This document shows, piece after piece, positions 1-9,645 of a stretch of 33,422 nucleotides of DNA (its first letter is position 1; each line of letters begins with the position of its first letter). The translations under genes and the position numbers were made by a program. The notes under the pieces were generated by a model. That model was not told where the DNA came from, did no database searches, and was given only the letters and a program-made list of their open reading frames with translations. The DNA lies in contig JBFMAY010000045.1 in NCBI GenBank assembly GCA_040755455.1, positions 1 through 33,422 on the forward strand, read 5' to 3'. This DNA comes from Thermodesulfobacteriota bacterium. Lineage in GTDB: Bacteria > Desulfobacterota > Desulfobulbia > Desulfobulbales > SURF-16.

Positions 1-97
1 CTATCCTGCTCGCCTCAGACCTCCTTGCGCAGGCACCCTCCGTGCCTTGGTGGAATGGAGCCCGGTTAATCCTTCAGGCCAGTGCATGTTAGTTCAT

Positions 98-1330
98 TTA
101 TACTCCGTGGAAATCCAGGCTAGCGCCTGAAGCGGGATGGTCAAAAGAAGCGCCGTCAATGGTGAAATCACCCTGCAGCTGAAATTCTTCCTGGCCCAGC
201 TGGTTGCTTGCCGCTTGCAAGGCGATGGTGGGCAGTTCCAGGGTGAGGTCTTCGTTTTCCGTTATCAGACGGAGCCGGGCAAGGGCTTCAATGCTGAGAG
301 AGTCTGCGCTGACAGCTCCTTTAATGGCAAAGGATGGCGCGGGCAGGGACAGGGCAGTGCCCTTGACCGCAGCGAGCATGTCAGGCAGTGCGCCGTCAAC
401 GGTAAACAGCAGCGGCTGGGCGATGTCCTGCTGGCTGCCGGAAAAAGCGATGACGATCGGCGGTGCCTCCTGCTGCGGGAGGTTTTTGGGGGCAAGAGTG
501 ATGTCGTTGTACTGTATTGCGCTGGCATGCAGAGACAGCTGACCCGTGATGGCCGAGAGGACAAAGGGGGAAAGGCCGACGTCGGCGCTGCCGGCAAAAT
601 CCGCCCTGGTGTCCAGTTCCAGGCCGGCCGGCAGGTTGAGCAGACCGGTAAGATGCCGGGGACTCAGGTTGTCTGAGGAAAAGGCAAGATGGGCCTGCCG
701 CTGGTTTAGATCAAGAGCGGTGGAGAGGATGATCTTGTGCTCTCCGGGGAAAAGCTGCAGCCGAACTTGCAGCGGCCCGGACGAATCGCCGCTTGCCGCG
801 AGATCCGCCTCTGCCGCAAAGGGCAGCCGTATCACCCGGTCAGCCATGCGGCAGATGAGGGTTGAGCGGTGGATTGTCACCCGCTGCGCCGCAACCGGCA
901 GCCTGCTTGTCTCAGCTGCGCCACCTCGGTCTTGTGTCGGGGACTGACGGGTGAAGAGTTGCTGGAGGCCCGGATCATCAAGCATGATTCGGTTATCGCG
1001 CAAAATACCGCGAATTTCCAGGCCGCTCATGGAGATTTCCTCCACCTGCCCGGCCAGCAGTGCAACAGGGTTATAGAGTATGTTCAGGGCGGCAACGGCA
1101 ACCGCTGGAGATTCTTCAGGCCCGATGGTAAAACCTGCGCCGGCCTCGGTCAGCGAGATAAACAGATGCCTGACATGCAAGTTGTTGATCCCGGCCTTGG
1201 CAGCAAGGGCGGGTAGCAGGGAATGCTGGAGATAGACAGGCAGTAGAGCGGTGATTGCCGCCCATCCAATAACCGGCAGAAAAGCAATGATAATGATGAG
1301 ACGGAGGGCAAACCTCGTCTTGGTCGTCAT
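98..1330 (-). CDS. YdbH/AsmA-like membrane-anchored beta-rich envelope protein, probably C-terminally interrupted
   Basis: N-terminal TM segment (LIIIIAFLPVIGWAAITALL) followed by amphipathic beta-strand-like repeats. The ORF stops abruptly at ...LDFHGV*, where unrelated-looking non-coding sequence begins. Family assignment is from memory of similar proteins. Confidence 0.5.
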   Translation of the reverse strand: MTTKTRFALRLIIIIAFLPVIGWAAITALLPVYLQHSLLPALAAKAGINNLHVRHLFISLTEAGAGFTIGPEESPAVAVAALNILYNPVALLAGQVEEISMSGLEIRGILRDNRIMLDDPGLQQLFTRQSPTQDRGGAAETSRLPVAAQRVTIHRSTLICRMADRVIRLPFAAEADLAASGDSSGPLQVRLQLFPGEHKIILSTALDLNQRQAHLAFSSDNLSPRHLTGLLNLPAGLELDTRADFAGSADVGLSPFVLSAITGQLSLHASAIQYNDITLAPKNLPQQEAPPIVIAFSGSQQDIAQPLLFTVDGALPDMLAAVKGTALSLPAPSFAIKGAVSADSLSIEALARLRLITENEDLTLELPTIALQAASNQLGQEEFQLQGDFTIDGASFDHPASGASLDFHGV

Positions 1331-1413
1331 GGCAATGGCAAGTCTTCAGGCTGGGATAATTGTGTCCGGCGGATGGCTGAGTGCTTATCGACGATTAATG
1401 ACTTACCAACATG

Positions 1414-2133
1414 TTAGTTTATTTTCATGATTTTGAGAACAACAATCCCCATTTCATAGAGCAGGTAGAGCGGTCCGCCCATGAGCAGCATGTTGACCAC
1501 ATCCGGCGTGGGGGTGAGCAGGGCGGCAATGATGCTGATGAAGAGCACTGCGTAGCGGCGGCTCTTTTCAAAGGTTGACCGGGGACAGATCCCGGCCCGG
1601 GCGAAAAAAATCATGAAGATGGGCAGCTCAAAAATGAGGCCGAAGGCCAGCACAAAGATGGTGACGAAGGAGACGAACTTGCCCACGGAAATAATCGATT
1701 TCAGTTGCTCAGATTCAAATCCCAGCAGGAATTTCACCCCAAAGGGCAGGGTGACAAAGTAACAGAAAAGGGTGCCGATGTAGAAGAGCAGAGAGGTGAA
1801 AAAGACAAATGCCGTCAGGGCCTTGGCGGTCAGGCCGAAGGGCCTGGCCATGGCGCGCCAGAAGCAGAAAACGATCCAGGGCATGAGCAGGAAGAGGGTG
1901 ACGGCAAGGGCCAGTTTGACATGGGCGATAAAGGGTTCGGCCACGGTAAAGAAGGCCAGTTGCTGGCTGAGATGGTCCTGCATCGCGGCAAAGATTGCCG
2001 GCGAGAGAAAATAGCAGGCAAAGGTGCCAAGTACGATGCCGCCGCCTAACCATAAAATAGTCTTGCGTATTTCGAGAAGAAAGCCTAACAGCCTTTTTCC
2101 TGGCGGGGCAGGTTCGGCAACCGGTGTTGTCAT
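1414..2133 (-). CDS. tatC: Twin-arginine translocase subunit TatC
   Basis: About six hydrophobic segments with TatC motifs AFGLIFELP, RRYAVL, AALLTPTPD and PLYLLYE. Confidence 0.93.
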   Translation of the reverse strand: MTTPVAEPAPPGKRLLGFLLEIRKTILWLGGGIVLGTFACYFLSPAIFAAMQDHLSQQLAFFTVAEPFIAHVKLALAVTLFLLMPWIVFCFWRAMARPFGLTAKALTAFVFFTSLLFYIGTLFCYFVTLPFGVKFLLGFESEQLKSIISVGKFVSFVTIFVLAFGLIFELPIFMIFFARAGICPRSTFEKSRRYAVLFISIIAALLTPTPDVVNMLLMGGPLYLLYEMGIVVLKIMKIN

Positions 2134-2142
2134 AGTGCAGAG

Positions 2143-2178
2143 GCGCTCAAACGTTTAAGCGTTCAAACGTTTGAGCGC
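2143..2178. repeat. Perfect 14-bp inverted repeat built of 8-bp tandem units (REP-like hairpin)
   Basis: GCGCTCAAACGTTT (2143-2156) pairs with AAACGTTTGAGCGC (2165-2178). Units are cgctcaaa/cgtttaag/cgttcaaa/cgtttgag. Confidence 0.8.
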
Positions 2179-2183
2179 TTTCC

Positions 2184-3008
2184 TCACAGGTTCTGTCTGA
2201 TAAAATTGATGCCGTTGCGGAAAAGCGCCAGGCCCTGTCCCTCTTCCGGCAGTTCTTCCCTGGTCCAGCGCGGGTGGTTGGTCCGATGGAGAAAGGCCTC
2301 CGGATGGGGCATCAGACCGAAGAGCCTGCCGCTTGGATCGCAGATGCCGGCAATGGCGTCAGGTGAACCGTTGGGGTTGGCCGGATACTGCAGGGTCGGC
2401 AGATTGGTCTGCGGGTCGGTATAACGCAGTACGACCAGTTTTTCATCCTTGAGACGCTGCAGGGTCGCATCATCCTTGGCGACGAATTTCCCTTCACCAT
2501 GCCGGACGGGAAAATAGAGATTGGTCAGGCCGGTGGTGAAAACACAGGGAGAGTTCCGGTCAACGGCCAGGCTTACCCAGCGGTCCTCAAAACGGCTGGA
2601 ATCATTGTAGGTGAGGCTGACCTGCCGGTCGTCGTGCCGGTTGGCAAAGGCCGGCAGCAGGCCCATTTTCACCATGAGCTGAAAGCCGTTGCACACCCCG
2701 AGAATCAGCTTGCCGCTATCGATGAAACGGAGCAGCTGGTCCTGCAGTTTTTCGCCGCTGGCCTTGACCACCGCATATTTCATGCGGTGGGCCCCTGCCT
2801 GTCCGGCGCCCAGGTCGTCGCCGTCAAGGAACCCGCCGGGCAGATTGAGGAAATGGTAATCGTCCAGGGAGAATTCGCCGTGGATCAGTTCGCTGATGTG
2901 GACAATGTCCACCTGCTCGGCTCCGCCCAGTTTGCAGGCATGGGCCATTTCCGTCTCGCAGTTTGTCCCAAAGCCGGTCAGCACAATGGCTTTTACCTGT
3001 TTTGTCAT
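2184..3008 (-). CDS. purQ: Phosphoribosylformylglycinamidine synthase glutaminase subunit
   Basis: Motifs GFGTNCE, PGGFLDGD, LGVCNGFQ (catalytic Cys), HGEGKF, YPANPNGS and LMPHPE. Confidence 0.96.
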   Translation of the reverse strand: MTKQVKAIVLTGFGTNCETEMAHACKLGGAEQVDIVHISELIHGEFSLDDYHFLNLPGGFLDGDDLGAGQAGAHRMKYAVVKASGEKLQDQLLRFIDSGKLILGVCNGFQLMVKMGLLPAFANRHDDRQVSLTYNDSSRFEDRWVSLAVDRNSPCVFTTGLTNLYFPVRHGEGKFVAKDDATLQRLKDEKLVVLRYTDPQTNLPTLQYPANPNGSPDAIAGICDPSGRLFGLMPHPEAFLHRTNHPRWTREELPEEGQGLALFRNGINFIRQNL

Positions 3009-3718
3009 GAGATTGCACCCCGTTCACCAAAAAAATGTTGTATCAGCCAGTCCACGGCGCAACGCACTAATTGCAGATCGGTCAGTTCGTGGCGATTGCG
3101 GTTATCGTTCCTGAAGTTTTCGAGATTGTACAGGGTTGCCAGATACAGATCCTGCTGCGCGGCGGTCGGCTTGCATCCCTGCTTGATCTTCTCGTGGTGC
3201 TGCAGCGGTATCAGCATGTCGTTTGCCTGATAATAGTCGGCAAGGCCCTGCCCGGCAATCCACTGGTCCACCCCCTGCTCCACCGGTTCGGCAAATCCCC
3301 GGCAGTGCGCTTCCCGCTGCACAACATAAAAGGCCTGCGGGCAGCCGGCTTTGTCCTGCCAGGCGGCGCGGCCCAGGGGATAGGTGCGGCAGGGGGCGGG
3401 CCGTCCCCCGTAAACCCGACACCCGTCAGCCGTCACAAAAGGGCAGTTTGCCCGTCCGTCATCGATCATGCCGAGATACACCCTGGGGAAGACGTCATCT
3501 GCTTCCCGTTCGATGATGGCGTAGCGGTCAAGAAACTCCGGGCTTGATATGCCCAGTTCCCGGCCCATACGCAGCACATCATAGGGCGACAGGGCCAGCT
3601 CCAGATCACGGCAGCATTCGGTAAAGCAGGGCACCCCCGGATGGCAGGCAAAGGTGAACCGTTCCTTATCCGCCAGCGGGTGAATATGTTCCGGCAACTG
3701 CAGTTCGGGTTCACTCAT
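3005..3718 (-). CDS. YkgJ-family cysteine-cluster (Zn/Fe-chelating) protein
   Basis: Motifs FACHPGVPCFTECC and CPF...GCRVY..RP..CRTYPL. Overlaps the purQ start by 4 nt. Confidence 0.85.
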   Translation of the reverse strand: MSEPELQLPEHIHPLADKERFTFACHPGVPCFTECCRDLELALSPYDVLRMGRELGISSPEFLDRYAIIEREADDVFPRVYLGMIDDGRANCPFVTADGCRVYGGRPAPCRTYPLGRAAWQDKAGCPQAFYVVQREAHCRGFAEPVEQGVDQWIAGQGLADYYQANDMLIPLQHHEKIKQGCKPTAAQQDLYLATLYNLENFRNDNRNRHELTDLQLVRCAVDWLIQHFFGERGAIS

Positions 3719-3727
3719 GGCTTTTCA

Positions 3728-6304
3728 TCAGGACTGCCAGTCAATTTTTTTCTCCCAATGGATGAGCAGCGGGCTGGCCACAAAGATTGAGGAATAGGTG
3801 CCCACGAAAACGCCGACCAGCAGGGCAAAGGCGAAATCATGGATAACCGAGCCGCCCATGAAATACAGGGGAACCAGGGCCAGAACAATTGTCAGAGATG
3901 TAACCAAAGTACGGCTCATGACCTCGTTGACACTGTTGTTGATAATGCCGGACAAATCGAGTTTTTGGTCCTGTTTGCGCAGATTTTCCCTGATACGGTC
4001 GAAAACAACGACCGTATCACTCAGCGAGTAGCCGGCCAAGGTGAGCAGGGCGGTGACGATGAGCAGGGTGATCTCGATGTCGAGCAGCCAGCAGACGCCC
4101 AGCACGAGCACGACGTCATGGAAGGTGGCGATGGCCGCCGCCACGCCGAATTTGTAATCAAAACGCAGGGCGATATAGACAACGACACCGGCCAGGGAGA
4201 TGAGGATGGCCTGCATGGCCTTGGTTTTGAGAGTGTCACTGACCGCAGCGCCGATCTCCGACTTGCCTTCCAGGCTGAAATTGTATTCCGGCAGTTTTTC
4301 GTGAAGCAGCGCGGTGATGGTTTCCGTGTCCTTGCCCACTACCTGTTCGGATTTCTTGGTTTTGACGATCAGGCGGTTTTCGCTGGTCACCGGCTGGAGG
4401 TCCACCCCGGACAAGGCGCTTTCGGCAAAAACCTTGCGCACCTTTTCCAGATCATAGGACTGGGAAGCCTGGTACTGCAACAGCGATCCGCCGGCAAAGT
4501 CAACGCCGATGTTGCCCTGGCCCCGCAGCAGCTGCACGAAGGAGAAGAGGCCGATCAGCACCAGTATGGTGGAAAAGGTGAAGGTGAACTTGCGCAGCCT
4601 CATGTAGTCAAGATTGGGCTTATGGATGAAAATCCGAAAGGAAAGGGGTTTCAGGAGTTTCTTGGCGTACAGGGTGTCGTATACCAGTTTGGTGCAGAAC
4701 AGGGTGGAGAAAAGGTTAATGCTGACACCCAGGGAGAGGGTGACGGCAAAGCCCTTGATCGGCCCGGTGCCGAAGAGAAAGAGGGCGAAGGCGGTGATCA
4801 GGGTGGTGACATGGGAGTCGACAACGGTCCAGAAGGCCTTGTCAAAACCTGCTTCCACCCCGGAGTGCACTGATTTGCCGATATCAAATTCTTCCCGCAT
4901 TCGTTCAAAAATAAGGACGTTTGAGTCCACCGCCATGCCGATTGCCAGAATGATGCCGGCGATGCCTGGCAGGGTAAGGGTGGCCTGCAGCGCCGCCAGA
5001 CCGGCAAAAAGAAAGATAACGTTGAGCACCAGACCTAAGTTTGCTATGAGTCCGGAAAAACGGTAGTAAATGATCATGAACAGGATGACCAGGGCCGTGC
5101 CGAACAGACCGGAGGAAAGCCCCTTTTTGATTGAATCCTGTCCCAGTGACGCGCCAATGGTCAGGTTCTGGGCGATGGAGACCGGGGCGGGCAGGGCGCC
5201 GACCCTGAGGATGATGGCCAGGTCCGAGGCCTCCTCATAGGTGAAGCTGCCGGAAATCTGGGCGCTGCCGCCCAGGATTTTTTCACGGATGACCGGGGCG
5301 GAGCGCACCACATCGTCCAGGACAATGGCCAGCCGCTTGTTGACATTCTTGGAGGTGATCTGGCCGAAGACCTTGCCGCCGCGGCCGGTGAGGTCAAGAC
5401 TGACATAGGGTTCGTTGAAGCTGCCGCCCACCCGCACTTGGGCGTCTTTTACCATCTCGCCGGTCATCAGCACCTGATTATGGAGCAGCAGCGGGGTCTT
5501 GGTTTCCTTGCCGGTCTGCTGGTCCTTGTCTTTTTCAAAATAGACCTGGGTGTCATTGGGCAGGAAACGCTTGATGGCCATATTCAATTTTTCCCGGCTT
5601 TCCCCGTCCTTCCATTGGCCGGAGGTGATGGCCTGGTTGATCAGGGCAGGGAGATTAACGCCGCTGTCATCCACCACCTTGAATTCGAGCTGGGCGGTCT
5701 GGCCGATCAGGGTCAGGGCGCGTTTCGGGTCTTTAACCCCGGGCAGCTGGACGATAATTTCGTCCTTGCCCTGGCGGACGATGACCGGCTCGGCCACGCC
5801 GAACTGGTCAATACGGTTGCGGATGATCTCCAGGGACTGGTTCACCGCGTTTTTATTGATAAAGTCGACCTGATCCTCCTTGAGGGTGAGGGTGACCCGG
5901 GGGAAGCTTCCCTCCTCGGACTGGATGTTGATGGCAAGGTTGGGGAAGTCGTCCTCCACCAGCTTCTGCACCTTGCCGGCGGAATCAGCATTGGGCAGGG
6001 TGAAAATAACCTTTTTCGCATCGTCGGATGCGGTCTGCACCAATGAAATGCGTTGTTCCTTCAGGTTGTTTTTCAGGTCCTGGGCGGCAAAATCAAGCGA
6101 GTTCTCAACGGCCTTGTCAAGATCAACCTTCAGGACGAGATGCATGCCGCCCTGCAGATCAAGGCCCAGGCGCAGCCCTTCCGGGGAAATGTATTTTTTC
6201 CACCAGTCCGGCATGTTGCCGTAAAAAGTGGGCAGCATGGTCAGCCCGGCGAAGGCGAGCAGAGAAAAAAGGAGAAGAAATTTCCAGCGCAGTGACTTAT
6301 TCAT
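3728..6304 (-). CDS. secDF: Fused protein translocase subunit SecDF
   Basis: SecD motifs LGLDLQGG, RIDQFGVAEP and GMAVDSNVLIFER, plus SecF motifs GVDFAGG and GYSLSDTVVVFDRIRE, in one 858-aa frame. Confidence 0.96.
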   Translation of the reverse strand: MNKSLRWKFLLLFSLLAFAGLTMLPTFYGNMPDWWKKYISPEGLRLGLDLQGGMHLVLKVDLDKAVENSLDFAAQDLKNNLKEQRISLVQTASDDAKKVIFTLPNADSAGKVQKLVEDDFPNLAINIQSEEGSFPRVTLTLKEDQVDFINKNAVNQSLEIIRNRIDQFGVAEPVIVRQGKDEIIVQLPGVKDPKRALTLIGQTAQLEFKVVDDSGVNLPALINQAITSGQWKDGESREKLNMAIKRFLPNDTQVYFEKDKDQQTGKETKTPLLLHNQVLMTGEMVKDAQVRVGGSFNEPYVSLDLTGRGGKVFGQITSKNVNKRLAIVLDDVVRSAPVIREKILGGSAQISGSFTYEEASDLAIILRVGALPAPVSIAQNLTIGASLGQDSIKKGLSSGLFGTALVILFMIIYYRFSGLIANLGLVLNVIFLFAGLAALQATLTLPGIAGIILAIGMAVDSNVLIFERMREEFDIGKSVHSGVEAGFDKAFWTVVDSHVTTLITAFALFLFGTGPIKGFAVTLSLGVSINLFSTLFCTKLVYDTLYAKKLLKPLSFRIFIHKPNLDYMRLRKFTFTFSTILVLIGLFSFVQLLRGQGNIGVDFAGGSLLQYQASQSYDLEKVRKVFAESALSGVDLQPVTSENRLIVKTKKSEQVVGKDTETITALLHEKLPEYNFSLEGKSEIGAAVSDTLKTKAMQAILISLAGVVVYIALRFDYKFGVAAAIATFHDVVLVLGVCWLLDIEITLLIVTALLTLAGYSLSDTVVVFDRIRENLRKQDQKLDLSGIINNSVNEVMSRTLVTSLTIVLALVPLYFMGGSVIHDFAFALLVGVFVGTYSSIFVASPLLIHWEKKIDWQS

Positions 6305-6364
6305 TAACCGTGGTCCTTAGGGTAGCCTGTTGGCATGATATTGTTTTCTTTAATCAGGTGCGAG

Positions 6365-6392
6365 ATTATACTCCAGATGCCTCAGAAGTCAA
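6365..6392 (-). promoter_or_regulatory. Sigma70-type promoter for secDF
   Basis: Minus strand TTGACT (6392-6387), 16-nt spacer, TATAAT (6370-6365), about 60 bp upstream of the secDF start. Confidence 0.6.
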
Positions 6393-6475
6393 TCAGATGA
6401 ATGTTGTTATTGAGTATTTAACTTGTTAGCGTAATAGTATATGTTGTCAGTAGACTTTTTTATAGAAAAAAAAGC

Positions 6476-7084
6476 ATGAAGGAGCAAATGATGGCGGATG
6501 TGATGCAGCGCAGCGTGGTTGCCGGCCACTGCGAAATTCATTATCTTGAAGCAGGGCCGCCGGTCGGGCAGGATATCGTGCTGCTGCACGGTATGAAATT
6601 TGCGGCCGAAACCTGGCGGGATCTTGGCACCCTCGATGTTCTGGCCGGGGCGGGAAAACACGCCGTGGCCCTCGACCTGCCGGGCTTTGGCGCCTCCCCT
6701 GCCTGTGCAAGCAGGCCGGGTGAGGTTCTTGCCGATTTCATCACCCGGATGAAGCTTGCCAAACCTGTTTTTATCGGCCCTTCCATGGGAGGCAGAGTGG
6801 CCCTTGAATTCTGCCTTGATCATCCCGCGCTGGTCTGCGCCCTGGTGCTGGTCGGGGCGGTCGGGGTGGGGGAAAACAGGGAGCGGCTGGCGAGAGTCAC
6901 TGTCCCGACCTTGATTGTCTGGGGCGGCGCTGATGCTGTTTCACCCATTGATAACGGCAGGCTGCTCCATGAGAAGATTTCCGCTTCATCATTTTTTGTC
7001 ATTGACGGTGCACCCCATCCCTGTTATCTGGATCAACCTGCAATATGGCATCGTGAGCTGGTTTCCTTTCTGGAGAAAATATGA
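6476..7084 (+). CDS. Alpha/beta fold hydrolase (ABHD14-like)
   Basis: Motifs LLHG, DLPGFG, nucleophile elbow GPSMGG, WG..D and HPCYLD. Confidence 0.9.
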   Translation: MKEQMMADVMQRSVVAGHCEIHYLEAGPPVGQDIVLLHGMKFAAETWRDLGTLDVLAGAGKHAVALDLPGFGASPACASRPGEVLADFITRMKLAKPVFIGPSMGGRVALEFCLDHPALVCALVLVGAVGVGENRERLARVTVPTLIVWGGADAVSPIDNGRLLHEKISASSFFVIDGAPHPCYLDQPAIWHRELVSFLEKI

Positions 7085-7458
7085 AAAAGATTCGCAAGAA
7101 AAACAGTGAAAAATCGAGCCTGGAGATCGCCCGGCTGATCGGCCGGGCCGCCCTTGATAAAAAGGCCGAGAATCTGCTGATCCTCGACGTGCGTGAGATT
7201 TCCTCATTTACCGATTATTTCGTCATCATGAGCGGCCGTTCCACCCGCCATGTGCAGGGGCTGGCCCAGGCCGTTGACGGCGAACTGCGCTTGAAAAAAT
7301 TAAAGGAAGGCTCAACCGAAGGCCTGCAGGAAGGCCATTGGGTGCTGCTTGATTACGGCGATGTGGTGGTGCATGTCTTTTACACGGACGAGCGGGAGTT
7401 CTATGATCTCGAAGGGCTGTGGCATGACGCCCCCAGGGTTGGCGTTGACGAGGCGTAA
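7081..7458 (+). CDS. rsfS: Ribosome silencing factor (Iojap)
   Basis: Motifs DKKAENL..LDV, DYFVI.SG.S.RHV and WVLLDYGDVVVHVF...REFYDLEGLW. Confidence 0.96.
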   Translation: MKKIRKKNSEKSSLEIARLIGRAALDKKAENLLILDVREISSFTDYFVIMSGRSTRHVQGLAQAVDGELRLKKLKEGSTEGLQEGHWVLLDYGDVVVHVFYTDEREFYDLEGLWHDAPRVGVDEA

Positions 7459-7531
7459 TTTTTTGTTGCGCCTGTGATGAGAATCCGCGCTTGACCGAGC
7501 GCGGCATAAGTAAAGATTGCCGGGGAAAATT

Positions 7532-8917
7532 ATGAAATACATCAGTACCAGGGGCGGCATCGCCCCCATTTCTTTTAAGCAGGCGGTGATGATGGGGCTG
7601 GCCATTGACGGCGGGCTGCTGCTGCCCCAGACCATGCCCCAGGTTGACGGGAGCACGGTTGATACATGGCAGGGCATGTCCTATCCCGAGTTGTCCCATG
7701 CCGTGCTCTCACTTTTTATTGATGACATCCCGGCCGGCGACCTCCGGCAGCTGATCGACCGCTCCTATGCCACCTTCAGCCATCCCGAGGTCACGCCGCT
7801 GGTGCGGAAGGGCGGGGTATACATTCTTGAGCTGTTCCACGGGCCGACCTTGGCCTTCAAGGATGTGGCCCTGCAGTTTCTGGGCAATGTCTTTGACTAT
7901 CTGCTCAAGGAAAGCGGCGAGAAGATGAACATCCTCGGCGCCACCTCGGGGGACACGGGCAGCGCCGCCATCTACGGGGTACGGGGCAAGGAGCGGATCA
8001 ACATTTTCATCATCCATCCCCATAAACGGGTTAGCGCCGTGCAGGAGCTGCAGATGACCACGGTCACTGACCCGAATGTCTTCAACCTGGCCATCCGTGG
8101 CACCTTTGATGACGGCCAGGCCATTGTCAAGACCCTGTTCAGCGACATCCCCTTCAAGGAGCAATACCACCTGGGCGCGGTCAATTCCATCAACTGGGCG
8201 AGGATCCTTGCCCAGGTCGTTTATTATATCCATGCGGCGCTGAAGCTGACCGGCCAGGACGGCATGGTTGATTTTTCTGTTCCCACCGGCAACTTTGGCG
8301 ACATCTTCGCGGGATTTGTCGCCCGCAGACTGCTGCCGGGCCGCATCCGCCACCTGGTGCTGGCCACCAACGAGAATAATCTGCTCACCCGTTTCGTGCT
8401 GCATGGCGATTACTCACTGGGCAAGGTGGTGCAGACCTCCAGTCCGTCCATGGACATCCAGGTGGCCAGTAATTTTGAGCGTTACCTCTACTTCCTCTAT
8501 GATGAGGATGCCGGCCGGACCAGCGAGGCCATGGCGCAGTTCGGCCGCACCGGCCGCCTCCATTTTTCCGCAGCGGAACAGGAAAGGATCCGAGCGGCCT
8601 TCCGCACGGCCAGCGTCAACCAGCAGCAGACCCTGGCCGCCATCCATGATTTCTACCGGGACACCGGCTATGTCCTTGACCCGCACACGGCCGTGGGGGT
8701 GAGCGCCGGGCTTGCGCACCTTGATCCGGCCGTGCCCATGGTCTGTCTGGCCACGGCCCATCCCGCCAAATTCGGGGCTGCCGTGCAGCAGGCCATCGGC
8801 CGGCCGCCGGACATGCCGGCAAGCTTCCGGGACCTGGACAAAAAGGAGAGCCGCTGCCGGGTGCTTGATGCGGATGTGGCCCAGGTCAGGACCTTTATCG
8901 CAGAAAACGCCATTTGA
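7532..8917 (+). CDS. thrC: Threonine synthase
   Basis: MKYISTRG start (ATG 7532), FHGPTLAFKD (PLP Lys), ATSGDTG, NSINWAR, VPTGNFG and TAHPAKF. Confidence 0.96.
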   Translation: MKYISTRGGIAPISFKQAVMMGLAIDGGLLLPQTMPQVDGSTVDTWQGMSYPELSHAVLSLFIDDIPAGDLRQLIDRSYATFSHPEVTPLVRKGGVYILELFHGPTLAFKDVALQFLGNVFDYLLKESGEKMNILGATSGDTGSAAIYGVRGKERINIFIIHPHKRVSAVQELQMTTVTDPNVFNLAIRGTFDDGQAIVKTLFSDIPFKEQYHLGAVNSINWARILAQVVYYIHAALKLTGQDGMVDFSVPTGNFGDIFAGFVARRLLPGRIRHLVLATNENNLLTRFVLHGDYSLGKVVQTSSPSMDIQVASNFERYLYFLYDEDAGRTSEAMAQFGRTGRLHFSAAEQERIRAAFRTASVNQQQTLAAIHDFYRDTGYVLDPHTAVGVSAGLAHLDPAVPMVCLATAHPAKFGAAVQQAIGRPPDMPASFRDLDKKESRCRVLDADVAQVRTFIAENAI

Positions 8918-8937
8918 GCCGGGGCGCTTGCCCCTGG

Positions 8938-9645
8938 TCAAAAGTCCGCCTTGAGGCGGTAGCCCACCCCGGCCTCGGTCAGGATATAGCGGGGCCGGGA
9001 GGAGTCTTTTTCGATCTTGTGCCGCAGGTTGCTGATGTTGACCCGCAGCACATGGGGCTGTTCGACGTAGCCTGCGCCCCAGATCTGCCTGAGTATCTGG
9101 CGGTGGGTCAGGACCTTGCCGGCATGGGTCACGAGAAGCCGGAGCAGGTCGTATTCGGTGGGGGTCAGCTGCACCTCCCGGCCGCCCGCCACAATCCGGC
9201 GGTGGACAAGGTCTACCTCCAGGTCGTCGATTTTATAAATCGGGGCCGGCGCCTGCTGCACGGCCCGCCGCAGCGCCACCCTGATCCGCGCCAGCAGCTC
9301 CCCGATGCCGAACGGCTTGGTCAGATAATCATCCGCCCCGGCGTCCAGGGCCTTGACCTTGTCGTCCTCTCTTTCCCGCACCGACAGCACGATGATCGGC
9401 ACCTTCGACCATTCCCGCAGCCGCTTGATGACCTCCACCCCGTCCATGTCGGGAAGTCCCAGGTCAAGGAGAATCAGATCAGGGCGAAAGGCTGCGGCCG
9501 CGGCCAGGGCAAGGTGGCCGTTTTCCGCCTGCTGCACGCAGAAGTCGCCGCTGCTTAGTACGGTTTGCAGAAACCGCCGGATGGCCGCCTCGTCATCCAC
9601 CACCAGGATGCGGGGCGGATTGGCGCTGTTCGTCTCGTTATTCAT
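8938..9645 (-). CDS. kdpE: OmpR-family response regulator KdpE
   Basis: Receiver motifs LVVDDE, LDLGLPDMDG and ADDYLTKPF, a winged-helix C-terminus, and position directly after kdpD. Confidence 0.93.
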   Translation of the reverse strand: MNNETNSANPPRILVVDDEAAIRRFLQTVLSSGDFCVQQAENGHLALAAAAAFRPDLILLDLGLPDMDGVEVIKRLREWSKVPIIVLSVREREDDKVKALDAGADDYLTKPFGIGELLARIRVALRRAVQQAPAPIYKIDDLEVDLVHRRIVAGGREVQLTPTEYDLLRLLVTHAGKVLTHRQILRQIWGAGYVEQPHVLRVNISNLRHKIEKDSSRPRYILTEAGVGYRLKADF

